Source: Macrostomum hystrix (Eukaryota > Animalia > Platyhelminthes). Taken from it: a stretch of DNA of 64,000 nucleotides. A model generated the notes under the pieces. That model made no database searches and was not told where the DNA came from. It saw nothing but the letters and a program-made list of their open reading frames with translations. Below are positions 12,247 to 24,841 of the stretch, in pieces. The translations under genes were made by a program, and so were the position numbers. Location: the NCBI GenBank assembly GCA_950097015.1, contig CATNEN010000005.1:2046001-2110000 (forward strand). The letters are read 5' to 3'. Numbering within the stretch: position 1 is the stretch's first letter; every line of letters begins with the position of its first letter.

Positions 12247-13184
12247 AATCAATCAATCAATTCGATTTTCTACAGTAGCTGGATAGTCAGTCTATTGCTT
12301 TTTTTAGTCTGCTGACTTGACTCGGCGAGACAAGCTTATTAAATAACAGGCCGGAAATTCTCTCACCCGCGTACCCCAACCCTCCCAGTTTTTCTACCCT
12401 CGCGGAGTGGGGTGGGTGAACCATCTAAATCAGTATCAGCACCCACACCCTCTAAAATTAATTGAATTCGACGTGCGCCTACTCTCGTGAAGCAAGCATA
12501 TAAAATTTCACACCTACGCCCACCCCAAGCCTTTTCGATATTTTCTGTCTGACGCAACCAATTAAAATGCGATTCCACCACCAGCCAACTTATGCCCCAA
12601 TCAAAAAGATGGATAGTAAAACCTTCGTGTGTGTTGACAAAGAAGGATATATTTTTCGTTGTAAAATGCTTTAGTTCACGTGCACTAAAGTTTAAGATCA
12701 GCAAGACTGACTTTCAGATGACTAAATCAAATAATTGATATCCAGATATTTAAAGTAAACCAGTTTAAGATCAGCAGGAATGGTTAAGACCAATGACCAG
12801 TAAAAATACATCCTTCATTATATGGCATGACTCATCGACATTCATGATGATTGCAAAAATTAAATTGAGAAAGTCCTTTGAGCGTTTCCAACTCAGAGGA
12901 AACCGTTGAAAGACATTGTGCTAAAAATAACATTAAAGTGCTGCCACACTGCTCAAAATTCAAAGTCGATCAATTTAATATATCTTTCATTCACTTTCAG
13001 TCACGCTCGTCTTCTAACTGAAGTTTAAGGTCATCATTTGTAACTTTGAATTAAATAAAAAACTTCAAATTTCTTGTTTCAATCGGTTTAATCGGCAGCT
13101 AGATAAAAAATCATCATCAATTGATCATCACAATGGCTCCCTGATAGCTTCCTGAGAATTTCGAACGACAAGGATCTCAACCAT

Positions 13185-16100
13185 GAGAATATCAAGACAT
13201 TTGAATCTCAAACCCTGAGAATCACAAACCCTGAAAATCTCAAACCATGAGAATCTCAAACCCTGAGAATCTCAAACCCTGAGAATCTCAAACCCTGAGA
13301 ATCTCAAACCCTCAGAATCTCAAACGTGAGAATCTCACACAATGAGAATCTCAAACCCTCAGAATCTCAAACCCTAAGAATCTCAAACCCTCAGAATCTC
13401 AAACCCTGAGAATCTCAAACCCTCAGAATCTCAAACCCTAGGAATCTCAAACCCTCAGAATCTCAAACCATGAGAATCTCAAACCCTCAGAATCTCAAAC
13501 CCTCAGAATCTCAAACGTGAGAATCTCACACAATGAGAATTTCAAACCCTCAGAATCTCAAACCATGAGAATCTCAAACCATGAGAATCTCAAACCCTCA
13601 GAATCTCAAACCCTAGGAATCTCAAACCCTAGGAATCTCAAACCCTAGGAATCTCAAACCCTCAGAATCTCAAACCCTCAGAATCTCAAACCCTTGAATC
13701 TCAAACCCTAGGAATCTCAAACCCTCAGAATCTCAAACCATGAGAATCTCAAACCCTCAGAATCTCAAACCCTCAGAATCTCAAACCATGAGAATCTCAA
13801 ACCCTCAGAATCTCAAACCCTGAGAATCCCAAACCATGAGAATCTCAAACCCTGAGAATTTCAAACCCTCAGAATCTCAAACCATGAGAATCTCAAACCC
13901 TGAGAATTTCAAACCCTCAGAATCTCAAACCATGAGAATCTCAAAACATGAGAATCTCAAACCCTAGGAATCTCAAACCCTAGGAATCTCAAACCCTAGG
14001 AATCTCAAAACCTCAGAATATCAAACCCTCAGAATCTCAAACCCTCAGAATCTCAAACCCTCAGAATCTCAAACCCTGAGAATCTCAAACCATGAGAATC
14101 TCAAACCCTCAGAATCTCAAACCCTCAGAATCTCAAACCCTCAGAATCTCAAACCCTCAGAATCTCAAACCCTCAGAATCTCAAACCATGAGAATCTCAA
14201 ACCCTCAGAATCTCAAACCCTCAGAATCTCAAACCCTCAGAATCTCAAACCCTCAGAATCTCAAACCCTCAGAATCTCAAACCCTCAGAATCTCAAACCA
14301 TGAGAATCTCAAACCCTCAGAATCTCAAACCCTGAGAATCCCAAACCATGAGAATCTCAAACCCTGAGAATTTCAAACCCTCAGAATCTCAAACCATGAG
14401 AATCTCAAACCATGAGAATCTCAAACCCTAGGAATCTCAAACCCTAGGAATCTCAAACCCTAGGAATCTCAAACCCTAGGAATCTCAAACCCTCAGAATC
14501 TCAAACCCTCAGAATCTCAAACCCTTGAATCTCAAACCCTAGGAATCTCAAACCCTCAGAATCTCAAACCATGAGAATCTCAAACCCTCAGAATCTCAAA
14601 CCCTCAGAATCTCAAACCATGAGAATCTCAAACCCTCAGAATCTCAAACCCTGAGAATCCCAAACCATGAGAATCTCAAACCCTGAGAATTTCAAACCCT
14701 CAGAATCTCAAACCATGAGAATCTCAAACCCTGAGAATTTCAAACTCTCAGAATCTCAAACCATGAGAATCTCAAAACATGAGAATCTCAAACCCTAGGA
14801 ATCTCAAACCCTAGGAATCTCAAACCCTAGGAATCTCAAACCATGAGAATCTCAAACCCTCAGAATCTCAAACCCTCAGAATCTCAAACCCTCAGAATCT
14901 CAAACCCTCAGAATCTCAAACCCTCAGAATCTCAAACCCTCAGAATCTCAAACCCTCAGAATCTCAAACCCTCAGAATCTCAAACCATGAGAATCTCAAA
15001 CCCTCAGAATCTCAAACCCTCAGAATCTCAAACCCTCAGAATCTCAAACCCTCAGAATCTCAAACCCTCAGAATCTCAAACCCTCAGAATCTCAAACCAT
15101 GAGAATCTCAAACCCTCAGAATCTCAAACCCTGAGAATCCCAAACCATGAGAATCTTAAACCCTGAGAATTTCAAACCCTCAGAATCTCAAACCATGAGA
15201 ATCTCAAACCCTGAGAATTTCAAACCCTCAGAATCTCAAACCATGAGAATCTCAAAACATGAGAATCTCAAACCCTAGGAATCTCAAACCCTAGGAATCT
15301 CAAACCCTAGGAATCTCAAAACCTCAGAATCTCAAACCCTCAGAATCTCAAACCCTCAGAATCTCAAACCCTGAGAATCTCAAACCCTCAAAATCTCAAA
15401 CGTGAGAATCTCAAACCCTCAGAATCTCAAACCCTGAGAATCCCAAACCATGAGAATCTCAAACCCTCAGAATCTCAAACCCTGAGAATCTCAAACCCTC
15501 AGAATCTCAAACCCTAGGAATCTCAAACCCTAGGAATCTCAAACCCTAGGAATCTCAAAACCTCAGAATATCAAACCCTCAGAATCTCAAACCCTCAGAA
15601 TCTCAAACCATGAGAATTTCAAACCCTCAGAATCTCAAACCCTGAGAATCCCAAACCATGAGAATCTCAAACCCTGAGATTTTCAAACCCTCAGAATCTC
15701 AAACCCTCAGAATCTCAAACCCTCAGAATCTCAAACCATGAGAATCTCAAACCCTCAGAATCTCAAACCCTCAGAATCTCAAACCATGAGAATCTCAAAC
15801 CCTAGGTATCTCAAACCCTCAGAATCTCAAACCCTCAGAATCTCAAACCCTCAGAATCTCAAACCCTCAGAATCTCAAACCATGAGAATCTCAAACCCTC
15901 AGAATCTCAAACCCTGAGAATCCCAAACCATGAGAATCTCAAACCCTGAGAATTTCAAACCCTCAGAATCTCAAACCATGAGAATGTCAAACCATGAGAA
16001 TCTCAAACCCTAGGAATCTCAAACCCTAGGAATCTCAAACCCTAGGAATCTCAAACCCTAGGAATCTCAAACCCTCAGAATCTCAAACCCTCAGAATCTC

Positions 16101-19100
16101 AAACCCTTGAATCTCAAACCCTAGGAATCTCAAACCCTCAGAATCTCAAACCATGAGAATCTCAAACCCTCAGAATCTCAAACCCTCAGAATCTCAAACC
16201 ATGAGAATCTCAAACCCTCAGAATCTCAAACCCTGAGAATCCCAAACCATGAGAATCTCAAACCCTGAGAATTTCAAACCCTCAGAATCTCAAACCATGA
16301 GAATCTCAAAACATGAGAATCTCAAACCCTAGGAATCTCAAACCCTAGGAATCTCAAACCCTAGGAATCTCAAAACCTCAGAATCTCAAACCCTCAGAAT
16401 CTCAAACCCTCAGAATCTCAAACCCTCAGAATCTCAAACCCTCAGAATCTCAAACCATGAGAATCTCAAACCCTCAGAATCTCAAACCCTGAGAATCCCA
16501 AACCATGAGAATCTTAAACCCTGAGAATTTCAAACCCTCAGAATCTCAAACCATGAGAATCTCAAACCCTGAGAATTTCAAACCCTCAGAATCTCAAACC
16601 ATGAGAATCTCAAAACATGAGAATCTCAAACCCTAGGAATCTCAAACCCTAGGAATCTCAAACCCTAGGAATCTCAAAACCTCAGAATCTCAAACCCTCA
16701 GAATCTCAAACCATGAGAATCTCAAACCCTCAGAATCTCAAACCATGAGAATCTCAAACCCTCAGAATCTCAAACCCTGAGAATCCCAAACCATGAGAAT
16801 CTCAAACCCTGAGAATCTCAAACCCTGAGAATCTCAAACCCTGAGAATCTCAAACCCTCAAAATCTCAAACGTGAGAATCTCACACAATGAGAATCTCAA
16901 ACCCTCAGAATCTCAAACCCTGAGAATCTCAAACCCTCAGAATCTCAAACCCTGAGAATCTCAAACCCTCAGAATCTCAAACCCTAGGAATGTCAAACCC
17001 TCAGAATCTCAAACCCTGAGAATCCCAAACCCTGAGAATTTCAAACCCTCAGAATCTCAAACCCTCAGAATCTCAAACCCTCAGAATCTCAAACCATGAG
17101 AATCTCAAACCCTCAGAATCTCAAACCCTCAGAATCTCAAACCATGAGAATCTCAAACCCTCAGAATCTCAAACCCTCAGAATCTCAAACCATGAGAATC
17201 TCAAACCCTCAGAATCTCAAACCCTCAGAATCTCAAACCCTCAGAATCTCAAACCCTCAGAATCTCAAACCATGAGAATCTCAAACCCTCAGAATCTCAA
17301 ACCCTGAGAATCCCAAACCATGAGAATCTCAAACCCTCAGAATCTCAAACCCTGAGAATCCCAAACCATGAGAATCTCAAACCCTGAGAATTTCAAACCC
17401 TCAGAATCTCAAACCATGAGAATCTCAAACCCTCAGAATCTCAAACCCTCAGAATCTCAAACCATGAGAATCTCAAACCCTCAGAATCTCAAACCCTCAG
17501 AATCTCAAACCCTCAGAATCTCAAACCCTCAGAATCTCAAACCCTCAGAATCTCAAACCCTCAGAATCTCAAACCATGAGAATCTCAAACCCTCAGAATC
17601 TCAAACCCTGAGAATCCCAAACCATGAGAATCTCAAACCCTGAGAATTTCAAACCCTCAGAATCTCAAACCATGAGAATCTCAAACCATGAGAATCTCAA
17701 ACCCTAGGAATCTCAAACCCTAGGAATCTCAAACCCTAGGAATCTCAAACCCTAGGAATCTCAAACCCTCAGAATCTCAAACCCTTGAATCTCAAACCCT
17801 AGGAATCTCAAACCCTCAGAATCTCAAACCATGAGAATCTCAAACCCTCAGAATCTCAAACCCTCAGAATCTCAAACCATGAGAATCTCAAACCCTCAGA
17901 ATCTCAAACCCTGAGAATCCCAAACCATGAGAATCTCAAACCCTGAGAATTTCAAACCCTCAGAATCTCAAACCATGAGAATCTCAAACCCTGAGAATTT
18001 CAAACTCTCAGAATCTCAAACCATGAGAATCTCAAAACATGAGAATCTCAAACCCTAGGAATCTCAAACCCTAGGAATCTCAAACCCTAGGAATCTCAAA
18101 CCATGAGAATCTCAAACCCTCAGAATCTCAAACCCTCAGAATCTCAAACCCTCAGAATCTCAAACCCTCAGAATCTCAAACCCTCAGAATCTCAAACCCT
18201 CAGAATCTCAAACCCTCAGAATCTCAAACCCTCAGAATCTCAAACCATGAGAATCTCAAACCCTCAGAATCTCAAACCCTCAGAATCTCAAACCCTCAGA
18301 ATCTCAAACCCTCAGAATCTCAAACCCTCAGAATCTCAAACCCTCAGAATCTCAAACCATGAGAATCTCAAACCCTCAGAATCTCAAACCCTGAGAATCC
18401 CAAACCATGAGAATCTTAAACCCTGAGAATTTCAAACCCTCAGAATCTCAAACCATGAGAATCTCAAACCCTGAGAATTTCAAACCCTCAGAATCTCAAA
18501 CCATGAGAATCTCAAAACATGAGAATCTCAAACCCTAGGAATCTCAAACCCTAGGAATCTCAAACCCTAGGAATCTCAAAACCTCAGAATCTCAAACCCT
18601 CAGAATCTCAAACCCTCAGAATCTCAAACCCTCAGAATCTCAAACCATGAGAATCTCAAACCCTCAGAATCTCAAACCCTGAGAATCCCAAACCATGAGA
18701 ATCTTAAACCCTGAGAATTTCAAACCCTCAGAATCTCAAACCATGAGAATCTCAAACCCTGAGAATTTCAAACCCTCAGAATCTCAAACCATGAGAATCT
18801 CAAAACATGAGAATCTCAAACCCTAGGAATCTCAAACCCTAGGAATCTCAAACCCTAGGAATCTCAAAACCTCAGAATCTCAAACCCTCAGAATCTCAAA
18901 CCCTCAGAATCTCAAACCCTGAGAATCTCAAACCCTCAAAATCTCAAACGTGAGAATCTCAAACCCTCAGAATCTCAAACCCTGAGAATCCCAAACCATG
19001 AGAATCTCAAACCCTCAGAATCTCAAACCCTGAGAATCTCAAACCCTCAGAATCTCAAACCCTAGGAATCTCAAACCCTAGGAATCTCAAACCCTAGGAA

Positions 19101-20770
19101 TCTCAAAACCTCAGAATATCAAACCCTCAGAATCTCAAACCCTCAGAATCTCAAACCATGAGAATTTCAAACCCTCAGAATCTCAAACCCTGAGAATCCC
19201 AAACCATGAGAATCTCAAACCCTGAGATTTTCAAACCCTCAGAATCTCAAACCCTCAGAATCTCAAACCCTCAGAATCTCAAACCATGAGAATCTCAAAC
19301 CCTCAGAATCTCAAACCCTCAGAATCTCAAACCATGAGAATCTCAAACCCTAGGAATCTCAAACCCTCAGAATCTCAAACCCTCAGAATCTCAAACCCTC
19401 AGAATCTCAAACCCTCAGAATCTCAAACCATGAGAATCTCAAACCCTCAGAATCTCAAACCCTGAGAATCCCAAACCATGAGAATCTCAAACCCTGAGAA
19501 TTTCAAACCCTCAGAATCTCAAACCATGAGAATGTCAAACCATGAGAATCTCAAACCCTAGGAATCTCAAACCCTAGGAATCTCAAACCCTAGGAATCTC
19601 AAACCCTAGGAATCTCAAACCCTCAGAATCTCAAACCCTCAGAATCTCAAACCCTTGAATCTCAAACCCTAGGAATCTCAAACCCTCAGAATCTCAAACC
19701 ATGAGAATCTCAAACCCTCAGAATCTCAAACCCTCAGAATCTCAAACCATGAGAATCTCAAACCCTCAGAATCTCAAACCCTGAGAATCCCAAACCATGA
19801 GAATCTCAAACCCTGAGAATTTCAAACCCTCAGAATCTCAAACCATGAGAATCTCAAAACATGAGAATCTCAAACCCTAGGAATCTCAAACCCTAGGAAT
19901 CTCAAACCCTAGGAATCTCAAAACCTCAGAATCTCAAACCCTCAGAATCTCAAACCCTCAGAATCTCAAACCCTCAGAATCTCAAACCCTCAGAATCTCA
20001 AACCATGAGAATCTCAAACCCTCAGAATCTCAAACCCTGAGAATCCCAAACCATGAGAATCTTAAACCCTGAGAATTTCAAACCCTCAGAATCTCAAACC
20101 ATGAGAATCTCAAACCCTGAGAATTTCAAACCCTCAGAATCTCAAACCATGAGAATCTCAAACCCTCAGAATCTCAAACCCTGAGAATCTCAAACCCTCA
20201 GAATCTCAAACCCTAGGAATGTCAAACCCTCAGAATCTCAAACCCTGAGAATCCCAAACCCTGAGAATTTCAAACCCTCAGAATCTCAAACCCTCAGAAT
20301 CTCAAACCCTCAGAATCTCAAACCATGAGAATCTCAAACCCTCAGAATCTCAAACCCTCAGAATCTCAAACCATGAGAATCTCAAACCCTCAGAATCTCA
20401 AACCCTCAGAATCTCAAACCATGAGAATCTCAAACCCTCAGAATCTCAAACCCTCAGAATCTCAAACCCTCAGAATCTCAAACCCTCAGAATCTCAAACC
20501 ATGAGAATCTCAAACCCTCAGAATCTCAAACCCTGAGAATCCCAAACCATGAGAATCTCAAACCCTCAGAATCTCAAACCCTGAGAATCCCAAACCATGA
20601 GAATCTCAAACCCTGAGAATTTCAAACCCTCAGAATCTCAAACCATGAGAATCTCAAACCCTCAGAATCTCAAACCCTCAGAATCTCAAACCCTCAGAAT
20701 CTCAATCCCTCAGAATCTCAATCCCTCAGAATCTCAAACCCTGAGAACCTTAAACCACGAGAACTTCAAA
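13185..20770 (+). repeat. 7.6-kb satellite, 16-bp unit CTCAGAATCTCAAACC (variants CTGAG/ATGAG/CTAGG), with higher-order duplication
   Basis: Direct repetition; variant patterns recur at ~3.26-3.28 kb spacing (track ORFs 14092/17368 and 14843/18103). Confidence 0.97.
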
Positions 20771-21294
20771 TCATTGATTCACCATACATAAAAATTGTCT
20801 TTCCTCGCGAATCACGAGTGCCTAGAATACTTGATGGTCTTGAGTTGTTCAATCGCCTTGATTATTTTTTTCGGTTAAAAGTATCGTTCCTTGCTACTTA
20901 AATTCTCTATGAGTAGTTAATTTAGGTTGGGCGCACAAAATCTCGTCGTTAAGTCCTTGTGAGTAATACAGTTAGCTCAGTTGGAAGTATTCTTCAGTGT
21001 CACACGACATGCCCTAGTAAGTAAGCTAACACAAATATTCCTTTAGCCTTTTGAAAAAAATTTAGGAAGTCACGTCCGAATTGATTTTTACAAATTTTAT
21101 TGAATAATTTAAAGGCAAATGAAAAATGAAAAATAAATTAACTTAAATTTTTCTAGACAAAAGACTCCCAATCTTTAGAAACAAAATATTAGCACGCACC
21201 AAATGTTTGTGTCCATGCAAATTTCCAGATTTTAGCGTTCATTTCGATATGAAAAATTTGCTCTTTTCTGTTTGAATCGTTGCGAGCTTTCGTG

Positions 21295-23158
21295 AAAATG
21301 CTTTGACACCTCAAAATCTGATTTGATATCCCAGAATCTGCTTTGACATCCCAAGATCTGCTTTGACACCCCAAGATCTGCTTTGACACCCCAAAATCAG
21401 CTTTGACACCCAAAATCTGCTTTGACATCTCAAGATCTGCTTTGACGTCCCTAAATCAGCTTTGACGTCCCTAAATCAGCTTTGACATCCCAAAATCTGC
21501 TTTGACATCCCAAGATCTGCTTTGACACCCAAAATCTGCTTTGACATCTCAAGATCTGCTTTGACGTCCCTAAATCAGCTTTGACATCCCAGAATCTGCT
21601 TTGACATCCCAAAATCAGCTTTGATATCCCAAAATCTGCTTTGACATCCCAAAATCTGCTTTGACACCCAAAATCTGCTTTGACATCTCAAGATCTGCTT
21701 TGACGTCCCTAAATCAGCTTTGACATCCCAAAATCTGCTTTGACATCCCAAGATCTGCTTTGACACCCAAAATCTGCTTTGACATCTCAAGATCTGCTTT
21801 GACGTCCCTAAATCAGCTTTGACATCCCAGAATCTGCTTTGACATCCCAAAATCAGCTTTGACATCCCAAAATCTGCTTTGACATCCCAAAATCTGCTTT
21901 GACATCCCTAAATCTGCTTTGACACCCAAAATCTGCTTTGACATCTCAAGATCTGCTTTGACGTCCCTAAATCAGCTTTGACATCCCAAAATCTGCTTTG
22001 ACATCCCAAAATCTGCTTTGACACCCAAAATCTGCTTTGACATCTCAAGATCTGCTTTGACACCCCAAAATCAGCTTTGACACCCAAAATTTGCTTTGAC
22101 ACCTCAAAATCTGCTTTGACACCCCAAAATCTGCTTTGACACCCCAAAATCTGCTTTGACATCCCAAAATCTGCTTTGACACCCCAAGATCTGCTTTGAC
22201 ACCCAAAATCTGCTTTGACATCTCAAGATCTGCTTTGACACCCCAAAATCAGCTTTGGCACCCAAAATTTGCTTTGACACCTCAAAATCTGCTTTGACAC
22301 CCCAAAATCTGCTTTGACACCCCAAAATCTGCTTTGACATCCCAAAATCTGCTTTGACACCCCAAGATCTGCTTTGACATCCCAAGATCTGCTTTGACAC
22401 CTCAAAATCAGATTTGACACCCCAAAATCTGCTTTGACATCCCAAAATCTGCTTTTACATCTCAAGATCTGCTTTGACATCCCAAAATCTGCTTTGACAC
22501 ACAAAATCTGCTTTGACACACAAAATCTGCTTTGACATCCCAAAATCTGCTTTGACATCCCAAAATCTGCTTTGACATCCCAAAATCTGCTTTGACATCC
22601 CAAAATCTGCTTTGACACACAAAATCTGCTTTGACATCCCAAAATCTGCTTTGACATCCCAAAATCTGCTTTGACACCCAAAATCTGCTTTGACACCCCA
22701 AAGTCAGCTTTGACACCCCGAAATCAGCTTTGACACCCCAAAATCAGTTTTGACATCCCAAGATCTGCTTTGACATCCCAAGATCTGCTTTGACATCCCA
22801 AAATCTGCTTTGACACCCAAAATCTGCTTTGACATCCCAAAATCTGCTTTGACACCCCAAAGTCAGCTTTGACACCCCGAAATCAGCTTTGACACCCCAA
22901 AATCAGTTTTGACATCCCAAGATCTGCTTTGACATCCCAAGATCTGCTTTGACATCCCAGAATCTGCTTTGACATCCCAAGATCTGCTTTGACATCCCAA
23001 GATCTGCTTTGACGTCCCTAAATCAGCTTTGACATCCCAAAATCAGCTTTGACATCCCAAAATCAACTTTGACATCCCAAAATCTGCTTTGACATTCCAA
23101 AATCTGCTTTGACACCCTAAAATTTGCTTTGACATCCGAAAAATCTGCTTTGACATCA
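21295..23158 (+). repeat. Satellite, 19/20-bp unit AATCTGCTTTGACATCCCAA
   Basis: Direct tandem repetition. Confidence 0.97.
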
Positions 23159-23884
23159 CATGATATATTATTAAAAAAGTATTATAAATAGTATTATAAA
23201 AAATAAGGTTCTATAGAAAACATTTATTAAAAATTTTGAGACCAGTTTAAGATTTTCCATGGGGTTGGACTTGAATCTACTAAGCTCAGGTTTAATAAGT
23301 TGCGCCGTTAAACAGTAATTTAATTTCCACAGCGTGAAACTTGGACATCAAATTGGTATATAGACTGGCACGTTTAGGAAATTCCGAATATCTTTAAAAG
23401 GTTATTATTCCGATCTGACGAAAAATATTGTGCGTTTAGCTAACTGCACAGGAGACACGAGCAAAAAAACGGGTTATTTTTGCTTTTCTGTGTTGGACTG
23501 TGGAAAATTACCGCATTGTTTTGGAATACCCGCAACTTAATGTACACCTGACAACTGTACTTCTTGTATGATACTGCTGTTATAATTCACTCGTGTTAGC
23601 CAGAGGGTCAGAAAATTTTAGAGAGATAAATTAAGGTGCTAAGGAAGCAAATTCTTTAGGAAAAGCCGCCACGCGGTTTAGTGGGGCAATCTAAGCAACT
23701 TTTAGTCGGTAATTTTCCAAAAAAAACAAATCTCAGTTTTCTAGGTCGAATCGAATACAGTGGATTTTTGTAGTTCAACCATTTGCTAGCTAAGTTTATT
23801 AATTTCTTTAGAACTTCAAAAAAATCTATTCGAAACCAGAAATCAAATGAAAAATCTAATATGACTTCAAATAGCGACTTCATT

Positions 23885-24066
23885 AGTTGAGATTCTCATT
23901 TATGTCGATTCTCAGGGTGGGATTCTCAGGCATGTGTATTCTCAGGGTTGGAGATTCTCAAAGCACGTCGATTCTCAGGGGTTGAGATTCTCAAGTAATT
24001 CGACTCTCAGGGTGAGATTTTTTGGAATTTCGATTCTCAGGTTTGAGATTCTCAAGCATTCTCAAG
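23885..24066 (-). repeat. Degenerate inverted copies of the 16-bp satellite motif
   Basis: Repeated (TT)GAGATTCTC(AGGG), the reverse complement of GAGAATCTCAA. Confidence 0.75.
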
Positions 24067-24841
24067 TCCCATCTTCTATATAACATGATTTAACAGACAT
24101 TTAGCAGATTATGTTCATTTTTTGACAGGAAACTTCGACCGTGAACGTATGTTATTCTTATTAAGAAAGTTAACTTCCAAAAAATTCTCTAGCTTCGATA
24201 ATTTTCAGCAAATGCTTGCTTTGACAATGGCATTTAATAAGAATGAAGAATTTCGATGTGTTTTTGCATATTTTTATCGCAATTATTCGTTCTTATTCCA
24301 ACTTTCTCATTTTCTTATTTTCTCTTTTTCGCAAATAAAGGAAGTCATGGACGAAAATAAAAGCGAAAATAAACTTTCAAAAACGTTTTTTTGTGGTTCA
24401 CAAACAGGAAAAAAATACACAAGTACACAATTATCGCAAAGAAATTGCTTAGACGCTTTGCATTTTGTTTTAAAAAATGTTGGAACCAATTGTTGAGTGA
24501 TATGTCAAAACCGATCGCTGTTAAATTTTCACCAATTTTTAATTGTCGTAAACCAGAAAAACAAATGTTTGCCACTTCGGTGACTAGTTTTTAATTAAGT
24601 ATTTTCTTTACATCACAGCTAGCATTAAATCATTTTTCCTAAATTATTTGCAGCCTATCAAACTTAGTTCTGATTTATATTTAGATTTACACCATGATTC
24701 CAAAAGTGGAATATTCTTTCTCTATATAACCAAAACACGTTTCGTGCCTTTAACGCGTCTTTTCACTTCAGTAGAGTCTGGCTTGAATAATCGGTCTAAA
24801 TAATCTTATCGGCATCTTGAATATATATTTTAATCGACACA

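Noticed and set aside
13185-20770. Telomere-like AAACCCT in each 16-bp unit (and CCCTAACCCTA at ~37825)
   Set aside because: The heptamer is never tandem, and the 37.8-kb case is only two units.
13185-23158. CRISPR-like or coding interpretation of the regular arrays
   Set aside because: There are no unique spacers; the units are contiguous tandem repeats and the ORFs are repeat translations.
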